A DNA stretch of 63,713 nucleotides, the filler included, from Octopus bimaculoides (taxonomy: Eukaryota), in the NCBI RefSeq assembly GCF_001194135.2. It is 9 parts of 9 records of this genome, joined end to end, with 100 filler letters (N's around TTAATTAATTAA, not from the genome) between each part and the next. Parts side by side here need not be neighbours in the genome. Positions count along the whole stretch, not along the records: positions 56,796 to 62,364 come from NW_026388601.1; positions 62,465 to 63,713 come from NC_069005.1; 7 more parts are not named here. One strand, 5' to 3'. Of the stretch, positions 61,960 through 63,713 are shown piece by piece (the stretch's first letter is position 1; every line of letters starts with the position of its first letter). A program made the position numbers and the translations under genes. The notes under the pieces are model-generated. The model did not search any database, was not told the origin of the DNA, and worked only from the letters and a program-made list of their open reading frames with translations.

Positions 61960-62364
61960 CGAAGAAAAAGAAGAATTTGAAGACGAACTGGAAGACGAAT
62001 GGGAATAAAGAGGAATTGAAAAGAAAAATTGAAGGAATGAAGGAGATCTGGACGAAAGAAAAAGAATTGGAAGAAGAATTGGAAGACGAAGGAGAATGAA
62101 GAATTGGAAAGAAAAATTAAAAGAATTATAAGATTGGAAAAGAAGAAAATTTGAAGGAAAATTGGAAGAAAAGAGTTTGAAGGAGAATTGGAAGAAGAAA
62201 AATTGGAAGAAGAAATAAAAGAATTTGAAGACGAAGGAGAAAGAAGAATTAGAAAGAAAAATTAAAAGAATTATAAGATTGGAAAAGAAGAAAATTTGAA
62301 GGAATATTGGAAGAAAAGAGTTTGAAGGAGAATTGGAAGAAGAAAAATTGGAAGAAGAAATAAA
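61960..62364. repeat. Purine-rich (GAAGAA-type) tract with a ~140-bp tandem duplication
   Basis: gaaggagaa.gaagaatt.gaaagaaaaattaaaagaattataagattggaaaag...gaagaagaaataaa at ~62092 and ~62234. Confidence 0.85.
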
Positions 62365-62464
62365 NNNNNNNNNNNNNNNNNNNNNNNNNNNNNNNNNNNN
62401 NNNNNNNNTTAATTAATTAANNNNNNNNNNNNNNNNNNNNNNNNNNNNNNNNNNNNNNNNNNNN
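62365..62464. other. Artificial scaffold join
   Basis: N44-TTAATTAATTAA-N44. Confidence 0.95.
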
Positions 62465-63713
62465 GGTGGCGGAGGGTAAAAAACCGCGTTGTTACCTCTG
62501 CGGCAGCCAAGAGCACCTAATATCAAAGTGCGTTTTGGCACAAAAAAAAAGAAACAGCAAGAACAGTTACAACCAAAATAAAAACAAATAAAAACAACCT
62601 TTGCTACCAACACCACCAAACCCACAAGTGATCCGAGAAGTGTATAAAAAAATAGAATCCCATCAACAACGTATCATCAACAAAGTAAACCAAACGAATC
62701 ACCATCAATACCAAGAAAAGAAACAACACCACCACAATTAACTCCAACACCGAAACCAACTAGGGATACAACACTACCACCAACATCAAAAGATAGACCA
62801 ACGCCAATACCAAGAACAACAACCAAGAAAACAAACACCAACGAAACAAAAAACAAATACTAACCCTAAACCCCCAACAACACCCACACCACACAACACA
62901 ACAATGTATAATAATACACGCATAGAACCTGATGCCTTGCCCTTACCCCCTTCTGATCTGTCGGACTTTTCGTCCAACGATGAAAGTCCAGTGGAATGGC
63001 AAATAGCCACAGGGTGTAAGAGAAAAAGATTAAAAAAAAAAGACAAAACCAAACACAAGCAAAGCAGGGAGGTACACAACCCCCGAAAGCCCCTTACACA
63101 ACCAAACCAACACCAACACCAACACTGCAAAAACGCATACAATGCTCTCGGCCATAAACACGAAAGACATAAAATTAATGGATTATATTGCATATCACAC
63201 AGACATATGTGAAGATGACTTGAAAACAAACAATCACCCAAGAACAACACCACCAGAACATATAAAAATAGTACATTTGACACCAACACAGCACCACACA
63301 CTCAAATCCCTCTATCCAAATGCAGTAGGGGTTTTTCAAAAATACCTTTCCCAAAAATTGTATAAAGACTTACTCCAAGACACTTCTAAGGAGGAACAGT
63401 GTAAAACTGTCGAAATGAGTAAGTAACCTTCTCTCTCGTCTCTTTACGCTTTTCGACTAAATTATGCTTCAAATAGGTTGTGTAAGTATACGTGGCTTGG
63501 TGTCAGCTTGGAAGCAAGGATATCTTCTAAATGACATCAGGTCACAGAACATAGAAATAATAGCTATCAGTGAAATCAGACTCAGTAACCCGCGAGCCCT
63601 CAAGTCTATGTTTGGCGGACAATTCGACATTTAATTTTCTCCCTGTCTGCCACACATGGGTGGTGGTGGTACCGCGGTGCTTTTTCGGAAGAGTCTGAAC
63701 CTAAAAGTAAGGC
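62465..63713 (+). mobile_element. L1/Tx1-like LINE: ORF1 3' part (CCHC knuckle) and start of ORF2 (APE endonuclease)
   Basis: RCYLCGSQEHLISKC (CX2CX4HX4C) at ~62486. ORF2 from 63464 reads MLQIGCVSIRGL...IIAISEIRL...*...GGGGTAVLFRKSL with one stop. Confidence 0.9.

Overview
AT-rich, microsatellite-laden animal DNA. The SINE families and repeat landscape look like an octopus (cephalopod) draft assembly; this assignment is from recall, not a database search. Eight identical 100-nt artificial joins (N44-TTAATTAATTAA-N44, stops in all six frames) split the window into nine pieces whose adjacency is not guaranteed. No complete, recognisable protein-coding gene is present, and most listed ORFs are microsatellite or N-gap artefacts. 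What can be supported is mostly mobile DNA: several tRNA-derived SINE families; three decayed Tc1/mariner-superfamily transposases (DD36-spaced Tc1, mariner-type, DD37D maT); a Helitron fragment with a possible 3' hairpin; 5' and 3' parts of L1/Tx1-like LINEs; CR1/L2 and RTE-like fragments; two TTAA-CCC MITEs; a ~145-bp tandem array carrying two insertions; and several Penelope-like-element (PLE) relics. The most interesting signal is a set of minimal type-I hammerhead-ribozyme (HHR) motifs, each with a different palindromic helix III. One (21984-22022) carries a compensatory U3-A8 core pair inside a ~330-bp tandem monomer, like a retrozyme. One (29147-29195) is nearly intact inside a 104-bp fold-back. 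One forms the tail of a tRNA-headed SINE. A few low-confidence orphan exon candidates and an RFX X-box-containing regulatory island are also noted.
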